Part shown: piece by piece, positions 56,301 through 63,679 of the stretch
Layout: each line of letters starts with the position of its first letter
Numbering within the stretch: the first letter of the stretch is position 1
Assembly (NCBI RefSeq): GCF_026571515.1
Contig: NW_026857129.1
Coordinates: 1 to 64,000 of the forward strand
Direction of reading: 5' to 3'
Length of the DNA: 64,000 nt
DNA from: Ruditapes philippinarum
Lineage: Eukaryota
Position numbers and translations under genes: made by a program
Notes under the pieces: generated by a model
Database searches by the model: none
Told to the model about the DNA's origin: nothing
The model's input: the letters and a program-made list of their open reading frames with translations, nothing else

Positions 56301-59300
56301 TCTTTTATTGGATTAACAATAGATTTAACCACTTATCTGATAATAAGAATTAGATAGGTCAGGGATATATGCATTATGACAATCTTCAATTGTATAGAAA
56401 CAAAAAAATAATATGTTCCTACACTACTATTTAGTATTGTATTAATGCGGTGGCATAGCATTTTGCTCAAATGCAATCTTGTTTCTCTTTAATTTTATTT
56501 TTAATTTAATGAAACGATACATTTATTGACCTTAAAACTTAACACGATGTAAAAACTGTACATAATTAAATTAAAAAATGATAAACATGCATCCATGCAT
56601 AAGATTATATGTGCATAAAATTACGAATATATTTGAAGCGCCTGTTTGACCTTATCTCTGAGTGTCTCGAGGAAGCTGATAATCAAGGAAACTCGAGCAT
56701 AGCTTTGCCAGCTTTTGGAACAGGACAGCTTGATTATCCTCAAGATGTAGTTGCGGAGGAAATGTATAAAGCAGTAATTACCTTCGGAAGAACAGGATTA
56801 AAAAAGAAATTACACGACGTGCGCTTCGTTTTGTACTACAAAGATGATACATGTATTCAGGTATGATGGTCAGTCTTTTGAAAAATAATAAGAGTACAAG
56901 AAGTGACAGAAATGAGTTATTTTAGGTTTTATGCAATTTTATAATGGGATGTTAAAAGCGTAAAAAATATGTTCCTTGTTTGCATCGCATTACTTTTTTA
57001 ATCAAATTTTATATAGACTACCTTAACAAGTTTAAAATATGCGAGAACAAGATCATATGGCAGAAGAACGTGATAGAAGTTGGACATAAACAGTTTCTCT
57101 GATAAACAGACTCAACACACTAAGTCTGAAATTTACATACAATATTGCTTTTCTGTCCCCACCCTCACCAAAAAAAAAACAAAAAACAAAACAAAACAAA
57201 AAACAAAACAAAAAAACAACAAAAACAAATAAAGCAACAAAAAACATTTAAGTGTTTGTGTGGAATGTAAATGCCAATACCTTAAATATTTGGAATGTAG
57301 CATTGCTTACCTGACCTCCACATAAATCATAACACAGGTGGTAAAGATCGGCCCCACTCTGGGGTCACTTCACTTATGTAGACTTATAAAATTAAAAATT
57401 GAGTACAACTCGAGCAAATGATGAGGGGTAAGTGGGGCGGGGAGTGAAGGATGTTGCATTTTTTCATTATCCCTTAATATGTATAGACTCAATTAAACCA
57501 AGTCTGCAATTTTCATGTAATCTATTGTAATTAATGCTTCCGAGGGATACACTTTATTCAGATTTTTATAAACATCTCTTTCATTTTTTAATTCTTTAAC
57601 TATAAAAGCCGAGAACTATTTGTATGTAGCATTAATTAGTAGTCTTTTAAAAAAGGTATAAGTTATTGACCCTAATTTAGATACATATGCCATATTGCTT
57701 TCGAGGTATCTCCCCTTTCCCGTATTCTAAGATTCTAAGATTAAGAGAAAAGAAAAACGATTTCGGTATGGGTACATTTATTAACTTGAAATTTTCCAAA
57801 TTCCAACAAGTATTTTGCAAATCCTCTTACTACAATGTCTAAAAAGGCATGTTTGATAGTCCAACTGATTGATTTGAGCTACATTTGTAGCTGAATAGAT
57901 TGCCCTTATAGTTATTTGATATATTGAAAATTATGATTACGTATTTATCAAATACCCAACTTGAAATGAACACTAGAATGGACAATCAATAGTTATGTAC
58001 AACGGCTGTACACGTACCAATACATACCTGTGTGTCTTGTTGTGTGTATATAAACTCAATTTAAATACTTGTTTCTTTGTTTTCTTAGGTGTTTAAGCTA
58101 TAATTTAAAAGAATGTACATATACTATCTAGTATTATTAGGTGGATATAATCTGACCTTTGGTTGTTAATATTTGCATTGATACTTCTTATTACCTAGTT
58201 AAGACAATTTACAAAACGCGTTTTAATATGCATACCCTCGCGAATTATTATCCCCCGCCGAAAAGGCGGCGGGGGATATAGAAATAGTCTCCGTCCGTCT
58301 GTCCTTCCCTCCGTTTGTCCGCTCTCACGGGACAGTAATAATGTGGCTAGAGGGACAATATGTAACTGTTCTTTCTCTTTGATGTAATTCATTTCGTAAT
58401 GCTTTTATGTGGCTATTTTCTTTTGTGTGGCTAAAAAGAACAATAGTGAGAACAATAGAGTAGCCACATTATTACTGTCCCGTTAGAACGTCCGTCCTTC
58501 CGTCCGTCGGTCATTTCGTCCCACATTTTTGTCCGGAGCATATCTCAAAAACGTTTTTGAGGTATCAACTTGAAACTTCATAGGTGGATAGACCATATTG
58601 ATGAATAGTGCAGTGCACACGAATGATAACCCTAGCCTGCATAATTTTTCAGTTACTAGTATTGCCCTTTTTAATTTTTCAAACTTAATGTTTGTCCAGA
58701 GCATAACTCAAAAGCCTTTGAGATATCAACATAAAACTTCATAGGTGGATAGATCGTACTCAAGAGGTATGCAGTGCGCAATATGATAACTCTACCTCTC
58801 AAAATTTATGAGTTATTGCATTTTGTTATTTTTCCTACTTAATTTTTACCCGAGTGGAGCATATCTCAAAAAAGTGTTTGATGTATCAACTTGAAACTTC
58901 ATAGGTGGATAGACCATATTGATGAGAAATGCAGTGAACAAGAATGATAACCCTAACCTGCATAATTTTTCAGTTATTGCCCTTTATAATTTTTCAAACT
59001 TAATGTTTGTCCAGAGCATAACACAAAAGCCTTTGAGATATCAACATAAAACTTCATAGGTGTATAGATCTCACTTAAGAGGTATGCAGTGCGCAATATG
59101 ATAACTCTACCCTTCATATTTTTGGAGTTATTGCACTTTGTTATTTTTCATACTTAATGTTTACCTGAGTGGAGCATAACTCAAAAAGTCTATGATATGT
59201 CAACATGAAACTCCATTGGTTGATAGATCTTATTAATGAGAAATGCTCTGCGCAAGAATGATAACTCTACCCTTTATTATTTTTGAGTTATTGCCCTTTT

Positions 59301-61242
59301 TTATTTTTCATACTCAAGTTTTGTCCAGAGCATAACTGAAAAAGCCTTTGAGATATTAACATGAAACTTCATAGGTGGATAGATCATATTTAGGAGTGCA
59401 GTGCGCAAGAAAGATAACTCTACCCTGCATAATTTTTCAGCTATTGCCCTTTGTTATTTTTCATGCTTAATTTTTCACCTGAGTGGAGCAAAACTCAAAA
59501 GTCTCTGAGATGTATACATGAAACTGCATAGGTGGATAGATCTTATTGAATAGGAATGCTGTGCACAAGAATGATAACTCTACCCTTTATCATTTTTGAG
59601 TTATTGCTTTTTGTTATTTTTCATACATTTTGTCCGTAGCTTTTCTCAAAAAATGGTAGAGGTATCAGCTTGAAACTTCATAGGTGGATAAATCTCATTG
59701 CGGAGGAGCGCCGCACACAAGAATGATAACCTACCCTGTATTATTTTTAAATTTTTGCCCTTTGTTATTTTCAGCCATCAGTATTCATATATGTTTCAAA
59801 TCAGTAATCACTTCAGCCATCAGTTTTCATTACCAAAATACCTCCTTAAATTGAATCATTCTGCTCTACTACATATACTAAGTACATTCTAGCTTCCAAT
59901 GAGCAAACACATTCGGCGGGGGATGGCCATGTTAATGGCCATGTTAACATGGCTATTGTTTCCACTGGATGACTGGCTGATAACTGGCATTAATTGGAAT
60001 AAAGACGTCTTTGTATACTTTACCCTCTTGTCGTTGTATAGATATCTCCATATACATGTATAATAAAGTCAGTAATTTTAAAAATGTGATATCAATTAAC
60101 TTTTAAAAGAGGTATCTCCATTAACCTTATTTATTAACTTGTAAATTTCAAAAGATACATTCATTATTATTAAAATATTTTATTTAAGGCATTTGAAAAT
60201 GAAGAGTCAAAGATACTTCGCAATGGAATATCAGCTAAAAAGGGAGGTAATTTCAGTCAAAATATATTATGTTTTCCTAAATTAATATTATAATTTTTTA
60301 TTTGTCTGATATTTAGTTCGAGATTGCTGAGATTATGAATAGGTTCAACTGAGTGTAATTCATCACACCATAAGCGTATATCATTGTTTTGACGAATGGT
60401 ATTTTCTGTTATTCGTATTGTAAGCTAATAAATAACGAGTAATTGTGACACTGAATTATACAGTGCGGATAACGAAACAATGGAACTTTTTTCTTCTCAC
60501 AAAAACATATATGATAAGTGTTTAAAAACAGCTAATATTAATATAAGATAATTTCAGATGATTTTGAAGACACGTGCTATGAATTACCGTCAAATGACAG
60601 CGAATCTATCACACGTATGTTCGGAAGGGTCACACTTACTGTAAAACTTGGTGATTTACTGGCAGAGAAGGCACACTGTATCGTTAACAGCACCAATGTA
60701 GATTTGGATTTGTCTGTTGGTATGACAGTACTAGTATTTGTTTTTAAATTTTGATTAAATACATTTATGAGATGTAAAGATAAATAAAGATGTATTAAAA
60801 TACAATTGACACCGTCACAACATTTATATTACTTTTTTTCAAGGTATGAATTGCATAATCAGGGAAGGTTCTTGTTTCTTCTATGCACAATATCTCTTCC
60901 AGAGCGTTTTTATTAATGATCATCATAAATCATTTTGATAATGATCCCATTTGATATTTAATTTTCCTTCAATATATTCTGTTTGCTTAGGTGCCATTTG
61001 TTTGAAGATTGAAGAATTATTCACGAAAGTTGTGTATATTGACTGACATATTTTTTTTCGATTAAAAATAATTTTTTTGTTATTGTGATTCAAAAGTGAC
61101 ATACTATTCATTCCTGTCACGTGAACATTTATATATTTGTTATTTAATGTAATGAAATGGAAGTTTTTGTTTTTAGGTGCCGTATCAAAAGTTATTTTAC
61201 AACAAGGGGGTCAGATGTTGCAAGCAGAGCTTGATCGAAAAA
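2379..61242 (+). CDS. PARP14: PARP14-like macro-PARP gene, partial (24 exons: >=13 RRM/NID-like domains, KH-like region, macrodomains 1, 2 and start of 3); 5' and 3' ends outside window
   Basis: 24 exons joined by hand at GT-AG sites with consistent phases give a 2170-codon frame. The order RRMs - KH-like region - macro x3 is the PARP14 architecture. The symbol means PARP14-like; orthology is untested and the catalytic domain is not visible. Confidence 0.88.
2624..2690 (+). CDS. PARP14-like exon (phase 0-1), acidic linker
   Basis: ttttcag|AAT GAT ... GCA G|gttggt; NDNLGLDEYESQHDGSRAEKKA; phases match both neighbours. Confidence 0.7.
3379..3850 (-). mobile_element. Probable retroposon 3' end with (TATC)n tail
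   Basis: (GATA)n followed by ttctttatt (AATAAA on the - strand), interrupting a local ttctaaaataaaa repeat; far boundary approximate. Confidence 0.35.
4868..6134 (-). mobile_element. Mariner DNA transposon, near full length, transposase inactivated
   Basis: ~30-bp TIRs (tgaggattgatcacaaagttcttggcccga / tcgggccgagaactttttgatcatacctcg) flanked by TA. The - strand reads EIRAVIKYL...EFKKGRESIGDDERPGRP, with a stop at the WVP motif and frameshifts. Confidence 0.92.
7402..7584 (+). CDS. PARP14-like RRM exon, type B (acidic), phase 1-1
   Basis: ttttag|AT GTC ... GAA G|gtaaga; TLRIRGLPADTNQQYLDLYFNDDDLFGDCKICKVSLETNETSALIYLESKE; absent from the ORF track. Confidence 0.85.
8545..8817 (+). CDS. PARP14-like RRM exon, type A, phase 1-1
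   Basis: ctatag|AT TTA ... GAA G|gtattg; IEVTGP...LSMYFKNSRKSEGGKI...ALIQFETEE. Confidence 0.88.
9045..9314 (+). CDS. PARP14-like RRM exon, type B, phase 1-1
   Basis: tttcag|TT GCT ... GAC G|gtaaga; VAQRVVEKESHRL...IVLSNLP...YIELFFDDEEIFGE...AIVEFKDKD. Confidence 0.9.
9460..9695 (-). mobile_element. tRNA-derived SINE, decayed
   Basis: On the - strand: gacttcaaatcacgtgcccctcaccactgtgagttcgaatccc (B box), followed by a body; boundaries approximate. Confidence 0.65.
10418..10675 (+). CDS. PARP14-like RRM exon, type A, phase 1-1
   Basis: gtcaaag|CT GCA ... GAA G|gtattt; IEVHGP...KYFESQRFSGGSEI...ACFTYVSEE. Confidence 0.85.
11793..12062 (+). CDS. PARP14-like RRM exon, type B, phase 1-1
   Basis: taacag|TT GCC ... 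AAA G|gtatat; VARRVVDRKHTF...INVLGIP...YLIYFFENLDDDIE...ATIEF. Confidence 0.88.
12454..12696 (+). CDS. PARP14-like RRM exon, type A, phase 1-1
   Basis: atctag|CG GTA ... GCC G|gtatat; ISVQGP...KLELYFKNRKSGGNSKI...AFFTYEEE. Confidence 0.88.
12922..14411 (+). mobile_element. HINE family X, copy 1, internally deleted, with ~165-bp tandem array and (CA)n
   Basis: Starts acaagattgcatttgagaaaaatgctatgccaccgca; ends in the hairpin tatgccaccgca-tcgcagatgc-tgcggtggcata; array unit aatgaccccggggcggggccgattttgaccccagggctataatttgaacaa... Confidence 0.85.
15266..15550 (+). CDS. PARP14-like RRM exon, type B, phase 1-1
   Basis: ttttag|TT GCA ... GAA G|gtataa; IKLQNLP...HLKVFLEGQDMAEE...SAIIELDNPE. Confidence 0.88.
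15688..15936 (+). CDS. PARP14-like RRM exon, type A, phase 1-1
   Basis: tttcag|TT GCA ... GAA G|gtttgt; IAVSGLP...LLEMYFKGKRSKGNSQI...AYFTYQSKE. Confidence 0.88.
16260..16514 (+). CDS. PARP14-like RRM exon, type B, phase 1-1
   Basis: ttgtag|TT GCT ... GAA G|gtgaat; IRVSKLP...YLQTLFEQQEMPFD...SAIIEFDCPE. Confidence 0.88.
18425..18673 (+). CDS. PARP14-like RRM exon, type A, phase 1-1
   Basis: tttcag|CT GTT ... ACA G|gtaagg; IEVTGIP...LFQYFNNSHKSRGGKI...AYFTFES. Confidence 0.88.
19035..19292 (+). CDS. PARP14-like RRM exon (PARP14 RRM1/NID-like), phase 1-1
   Basis: aacaag|TT GCT ... GAA G|gtaggt; IRVSGI...LKYYFENKLASGGGSI...IYIQFSEKE. Confidence 0.88.
19412..19443. repeat. (CAA)n microsatellite
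   Basis: Seen directly. Confidence 0.9.
19626..19862 (+). CDS. PARP14-like RRM exon (RRM2-like), phase 1-1
   Basis: cataag|TT GCT ... CCA G|gttgta; VAECVAGRSHEVEG...KVLVKGIALTTTKDSIFNFLEAKTG...VIVVTMEKPP; absent from the ORF track. Confidence 0.85.
21424..23811. mobile_element. HINE with alternating ~120-150-bp units, split by a nested HINE
   Basis: Terminus agctcatctga..cagggtgagct, then a GTCC/GTC microsatellite; far end caggtgaccgat..ggccgtcttggccctcttgt; the array resumes at 23620 after the insert. Confidence 0.8.
22543..23616. mobile_element. Nested HINE with ~165-bp tandem array
   Basis: tttagctcacctgtcacaaagtgacatggtaagct hairpin, GTCC repeats, end caggtgagcgatttcagggccatcatggcc; inserted in a T-run. 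Confidence 0.82.
23944..25260. mobile_element. Two older HINE-like relics with ~150-bp arrays
   Basis: Termini ttattccccgccgaaaaagctagcgggaata (23944) and tatccccgacaaacgaagtttgagggtgtata (24745); decayed units gtgcagtgca...gagttattgcccttt. Confidence 0.6.
25547..27862 (+). mobile_element. pogo/Tigger-like DDE_1 transposon relic with C-terminal PHD-like finger
   Basis: Remnants GMSVKKPAKIYGIPVTTI*DRV (psq HTH), TSHILQPLDV (DDE_1), SGFKRSG.YP and CCVC...WAQCD...CKHRVH; degenerate inverted ends. Confidence 0.72.
28104..28782. mobile_element. TA-flanked MITE (Tc1/pogo type), nested in a second MITE relic that ends ccccaggtctg at ~29043
   Basis: Ends ta|aagtagaa..ttaagactacc and ggtcttaatgaagggcttttactg|ta; internal taagaccacc repeats. 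Confidence 0.6.
29044..30505. mobile_element. HINE with decayed ~165-bp array
   Basis: Array units ttttgaccccagg; GACG microsatellite; terminus agctgacattgagc..gctcagatgagctaaaa; its left part probably lies at ~27970-28050. Confidence 0.7.
30537..36656 (-). mobile_element. Full-length decayed CR1/L2-group (CR1-Zenon-like) LINE: ORF1 + APE endonuclease/RT ORF2
   Basis: ORF1 starts at 36425 (coiled coil + RRM-like). APE motifs GLAETHL, GGVGFL, GDFNSR. RT motifs KSPGFDNI, YRGITL, DFRKAYD, GLKQG, *ADD (stop at 32960-32962). TSD caagac at 30531-30536 and 36657-36662; (TTGAA)-like tail. Confidence 0.92.
30881..31655. mobile_element. HINE with ~154-bp x4 array inserted in the LINE 3' UTR
   Basis: atgtgtcgcc subterminal motif; terminal hairpin gtcgcccttttcaaggcga; (GACGCC)n; units start at ~30944, 31099, 31252, 31407. 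Confidence 0.82.
37774..38002 (+). mobile_element. tRNA-derived SINE with (AAAC)n tail
   Basis: A-box-like tggtcgtggg, B box gggttcgattccc, TSD cacaaatt (37766-37773 / 38003-38010). Confidence 0.88.
39355..39585. mobile_element. Palindromic MITE-like relic inside the hAT element
   Basis: actgaatttatttaacgagttgaataaaat (39381) is inverted against attttattcaacttgttcaataatttcagt (39521). Confidence 0.55.
40423..42465 (+). mobile_element. HINE family X, copy 2 (3'-truncated), inserted in the hAT transposase
   Basis: Same 5' terminus as 12922; near-identical to the reverse complement of 55000-56483. Confidence 0.88.
43445..44725 (+). mobile_element. Tc1-like transposon, transposase pseudogene
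   Basis: WRLVQFTYEYRFCL (FTDESRF motif with D>Y), MDDNA, MDWPARSPDLNPIEH; multiple frameshifts; TIRs degenerate. Confidence 0.85.
44819..45039 (-). mobile_element. tRNA-derived SINE, same family as 37774, inverted
   Basis: Reverse-complement match over its full length; 13-bp TSD gcactgattttaa (44806-44818 / 45040-45052). Confidence 0.9.
45696..45929 (+). CDS. PARP14-like RRM exon (RRM3-like), phase 1-1
   Basis: ttgcag|AC TTC ... AAA G|gtaaca; DFTKFKEAC...IYLANISPEITEDTLRYYFESKFG...CLVYFENYK. Confidence 0.88.
46035..47180. mobile_element. HINE-like element with decayed ~135-bp tandem array
   Basis: GTC/GTCT microsatellite at the start; recurring aaacttcacagg.gt(g/t)atcagtac.aaccc and cacaggt(c/g)aaa units. 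Confidence 0.65.
47306..47518. other. Assembly gap (213 N)
   Basis: Run of N ending 10 nt before the large exon. Confidence 0.99.
47529..49229 (+). CDS. PARP14-like large exon (1701 nt): end of last RRM, KH-like repeats, start of macrodomain 1
   Basis: tttcag|TT GTC ... AAA G|gtacaa; 567 open codons. KH-like IxxG...V..A segments (GRKEVAEEV, GPLHSVKDA, GLVLGVEKA), then KPGV, then GDMTELEVDMIINPDD...GGLGRAI. Confidence 0.92.
50725..50980 (+). CDS. PARP14-like exon, macrodomain 1 core (phase 1-2)
   Basis: ttgaag|GT GGT ... AAC GG|gtacgt; GGASIKKECEDFIKENG...GGNLNAKYVSH...SIAIPAIGCGVNG. Confidence 0.9.
51419..51693 (+). CDS. PARP14-like exon, macrodomain 1 C-terminus and linker (phase 2-1)
   Basis: tttcag|G TTT CCA ... 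AAA G|gtaaat; FPPDIATETIIRSVKQFF...VTEVYVCDYD. Confidence 0.9.
52010..52107 (+). CDS. PARP14-like exon, macrodomain 2 N-terminus (phase 1-0)
   Basis: ttttag|AT GCC ... GAA AAG|gtttga; GVQIGKLKVKIVKGEISSEK. Confidence 0.82.
52480..53340. repeat. Highly decayed HINE-type tandem array
   Basis: Recurring gaaactacaatg.c.agagct and atcatgc motifs. Confidence 0.55.
53906..54142 (+). CDS. PARP14-like exon, macrodomain 2 (phase 0-0)
   Basis: ctgcag|GTT AAT ... AGA AAG|gtaaaa; VNVIVNSTSSDLTLANGAVS...TSGYKLKCKHVYH. Confidence 0.9.
54200..56483 (-). mobile_element. HINE family X, copy 3, near full length, inverted
   Basis: Begins ttatgccaccgcagcatctgcgattcacc(tg)n; ends tgcggtggcatagcattttgctcaaatgcaatcttgtt. 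Confidence 0.9.
56639..56860 (+). CDS. PARP14-like exon, macrodomain 2 C-terminus (phase 0-0)
   Basis: ttgaag|CGC CTG ... ATT CAG|gtatga; ECLEEAD...SIALPAFGTGQLDYP...LHDVRFVLY. Confidence 0.9.
58245..59960. mobile_element. HINE with ~157-bp x8 array
   Basis: Hairpin atcccccgccgaaaaggcggcggggga; GTCC microsatellite; far end cggcgggggatggccatgttaa..catggctattgtt. Confidence 0.85.
58321..58489. mobile_element. 169-bp MITE inserted in the HINE microsatellite
   Basis: ~29-bp TIRs gctctcacgggacagtaataatgtggcta / tagccacattattactgtcccgttagaac; gtcc on both sides. Confidence 0.8.
60189..60246 (+). CDS. PARP14-like exon, macro 2-3 linker (phase 0-1)
   Basis: tttaag|GCA TTT ... GGA G|gtaatt; AFENEESKILRNGISAKKG; bridges the phases of its neighbours. 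Confidence 0.75.
60558..60719 (+). CDS. PARP14-like exon, macrodomain 3 N-terminus (phase 1-1)
   Basis: tttcag|AT GAT ... GTT G|gtatga; FGRVTLTVKLGDLLAEKAHCIVNSTNVDLDLSV. Confidence 0.87.
61177..61242 (+). CDS. PARP14-like exon, macrodomain 3 (phase 1-1); last exon visible
   Basis: ttttag|GT GCC ... AAA A|gtacgt; GAVSKVILQQGGQMLQAELDRK. Confidence 0.83.
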
Positions 61243-61694
61243 GTACGTTTTATTCATCAATCTTTAGAAATAATTAATTCCTTATTTATTTGCCAAACAA
61301 AACTATTTCTTTCAAAAATATAATAAGTATATCATTAGTTAAAAAGATTTTGACAGGCTATACAGTCCTATTTAAACAACAGTTGACAAATATAACTCGA
61401 GCCGGCAGTTTATATACGGCCATAAAACCCATCAAGAATCTTTATTCATAACGAGTTTATAATACCGCAAACTTGCTGTCCAGTATGTAAATATGAATTG
61501 ACAGAAGTCGTGTTTATAGGTTATATAAACATGAGCGCAGTATCATATTTACTTTTGTAAAATATTTTGAGCTCGAGGGGATTTCTTAAATTAAGATCGT
61601 ATAATGCGCAACTTAACGTGCATAAAGACAACAGTTCCTTTGTTCTTGATGACATTATGTTGATAAAACGTAATTTCTGTGTATGGTCGTATCT

Positions 61695-62005
61695 TTAGCC
61701 AGCTTGCATAGCTAAATCGGTTAGAGCGCAAGACTTGTAATCTCGGAATTGTGGGTTCGATTCCCGGGCTGGCCAACTAAAATTACTAATCAGTATTTCG
61801 GATGAGACTTTAAATCGAGGTCCCGTGTATGGGTGCTTAAACACTTGGCGCGCTAAAGAACCAGGAGAAGCTTCTGAAATTGGGGCGTTTTTCTGTATCT
61901 GAAACTTCACTATCCTCCAAAATTTAAAATGACTAATACTCTTCTGGAGGACACGCCCATATGTGCAACCGATGGCGAGTATAAATAAACGCAAACACAC
62001 ACACC
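61695..62005 (+). mobile_element. tRNA(Thr-like)-derived SINE with Deu/Nin-like core and (AC)n tail
   Basis: A box tagctaaatcgg, B box gggttcgattccc, core ttcggatgagactttaaatcgaggtcccgt, TSD ggtcgtatct (61685-61694 / 62006-62015). Confidence 0.85.
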
Positions 62006-63127
62006 GGTCGTATCTATGCATGTGATACATGTAGTATTACAGTAAATTAATATATACTCTACTATATATAGTAAAAAAACTGCCTATGATTTCAATTGAT
62101 TATGACAATCGCAACTTTTCGGCCATTCCGTCAGTCTTCGGCTAAAAACCTCTGAATACACAGAACGGATACGTTATTTCGGTCTAACCTACGCTAAGAA
62201 ACTAAACATGTAAACAAATGGTAATGTTATGCTAGGAGTTGTTGACGTTAATTTTCCAATATATCATGTAAATGTCCACCTGAATTAAACAAATTCATAG
62301 ATATAAAAGACAGCAATACATTATCTATATAATTATAATCATGGTTGTAGGAACCGAAAATACAAAATGCCAACCTGTTGATTTTAAGTCGCATTTGTTT
62401 AAAATTGTACATCAGTGGGCATATTTAAATTTAAATAGGTTGTCAGACATATTTTCAATCTTAATTGTACCGAAACAACTCGAAGAATACACTCTCTGTT
62501 TACATTTGAAATCACGTGGTAGAACTACTTTCGATCCGTTTTAACTCCGAGGTTATTATAGATAATTACCGAGGAAGTTCCGATTGGAGTACGTGCTTAA
62601 TCTGAAACAATAAAGTCACACGTTATGTCATGAAAACAATTAACTTAAAAAGTGAAAGTAAGTTTTACGCACGAATCGCTGAAATTTATACTGAGAACTT
62701 AAGCGTATTTTGTACAAACACAATTTTGCTGCAATTAACGAAAACAATACTAAAAATTTATTCCGAGAAAACTTTATTCATATAAGCAAACACATAAGAG
62801 AGCAACTCTATAGAAGTAAGGGAGGCAACTGTAGAACTAACTGTAAAGTAGAAATCTGCAATCTGCAAAAAATGTTACCGTTATATCTATCAAGTGTATT
62901 AAAGACATTAATACACATTATATATTCTGTCGTGTATTAATCTCTTAGTAAATACATGTATGTGATAAAAGCAAAACTCTTATTTTTTAAGTAATTAATA
63001 TCAAGTTATTATAACATTCAAAACCGTAAGTTGATTATCGCCCCGCACAATGAAACGTCTACTTAAACAGTGGCTCTTTCACATTTCGGTGATCTGTTTA
63101 AATTAGAGCCCTCGGCACTTCCGTTGT

Positions 63128-63679
63128 AGAGCCATCGACCAAAATAAAGCTGAAAAAGGTGAACACAGTTTCTAAAAATATCCGATGTAAAGAACATGCT
63201 TGCTTTTCAAAAATCGAAGAATGCTATGCAAAGTAGAATATTTTTCTCATCATTTCGGATGCAATTTCGATACTAAATACCCCAAATTGACTTTGCTTGA
63301 ATTTTTTACCAAATATCAGCTCGTGTGTTTTCTTTCGCGAAAAGACACATCTTGAGTGATTTCTCAACCATAAAGTTAATTTTGGCCCACATAATCTTGC
63401 ATGTACCAATGTGCTACTTCACCTTTGGCTCAACACATAAAATATTTCAAAGATATTTGTTAGAAATGAGATACTTTCATTTATTTAAATGTGATCCAGC
63501 CATCGACACGGTACTGGCGCCATCGGCAATGTGAAAGAGTCCTAGCAAATGTGATGGAGCCGATATGATGAGAAAAATATTCTACAAGGCATAGCATATT
63601 TCGATTTTTGAAAAAACAAGCATGTTCTTTTAAATTGGATATTTTTAGAAACTTTGTTTACGGTTTGGTCGATGGCTCT
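63128..63679. mobile_element. Foldback/MITE-like element with ~125-bp inverted arms
   Basis: agagccatcgaccaaa..ttctaaaaatatcc..gaatatttttctcatcat (63128-63258) is inverted at 63560-63679. Confidence 0.72.

Noticed and set aside
61698-61774. tRNA-Thr(TGT) gene
   Set aside because: The anticodon stem is poor, there is no T-run terminator, and it continues into a SINE core and tail bounded by a TSD.
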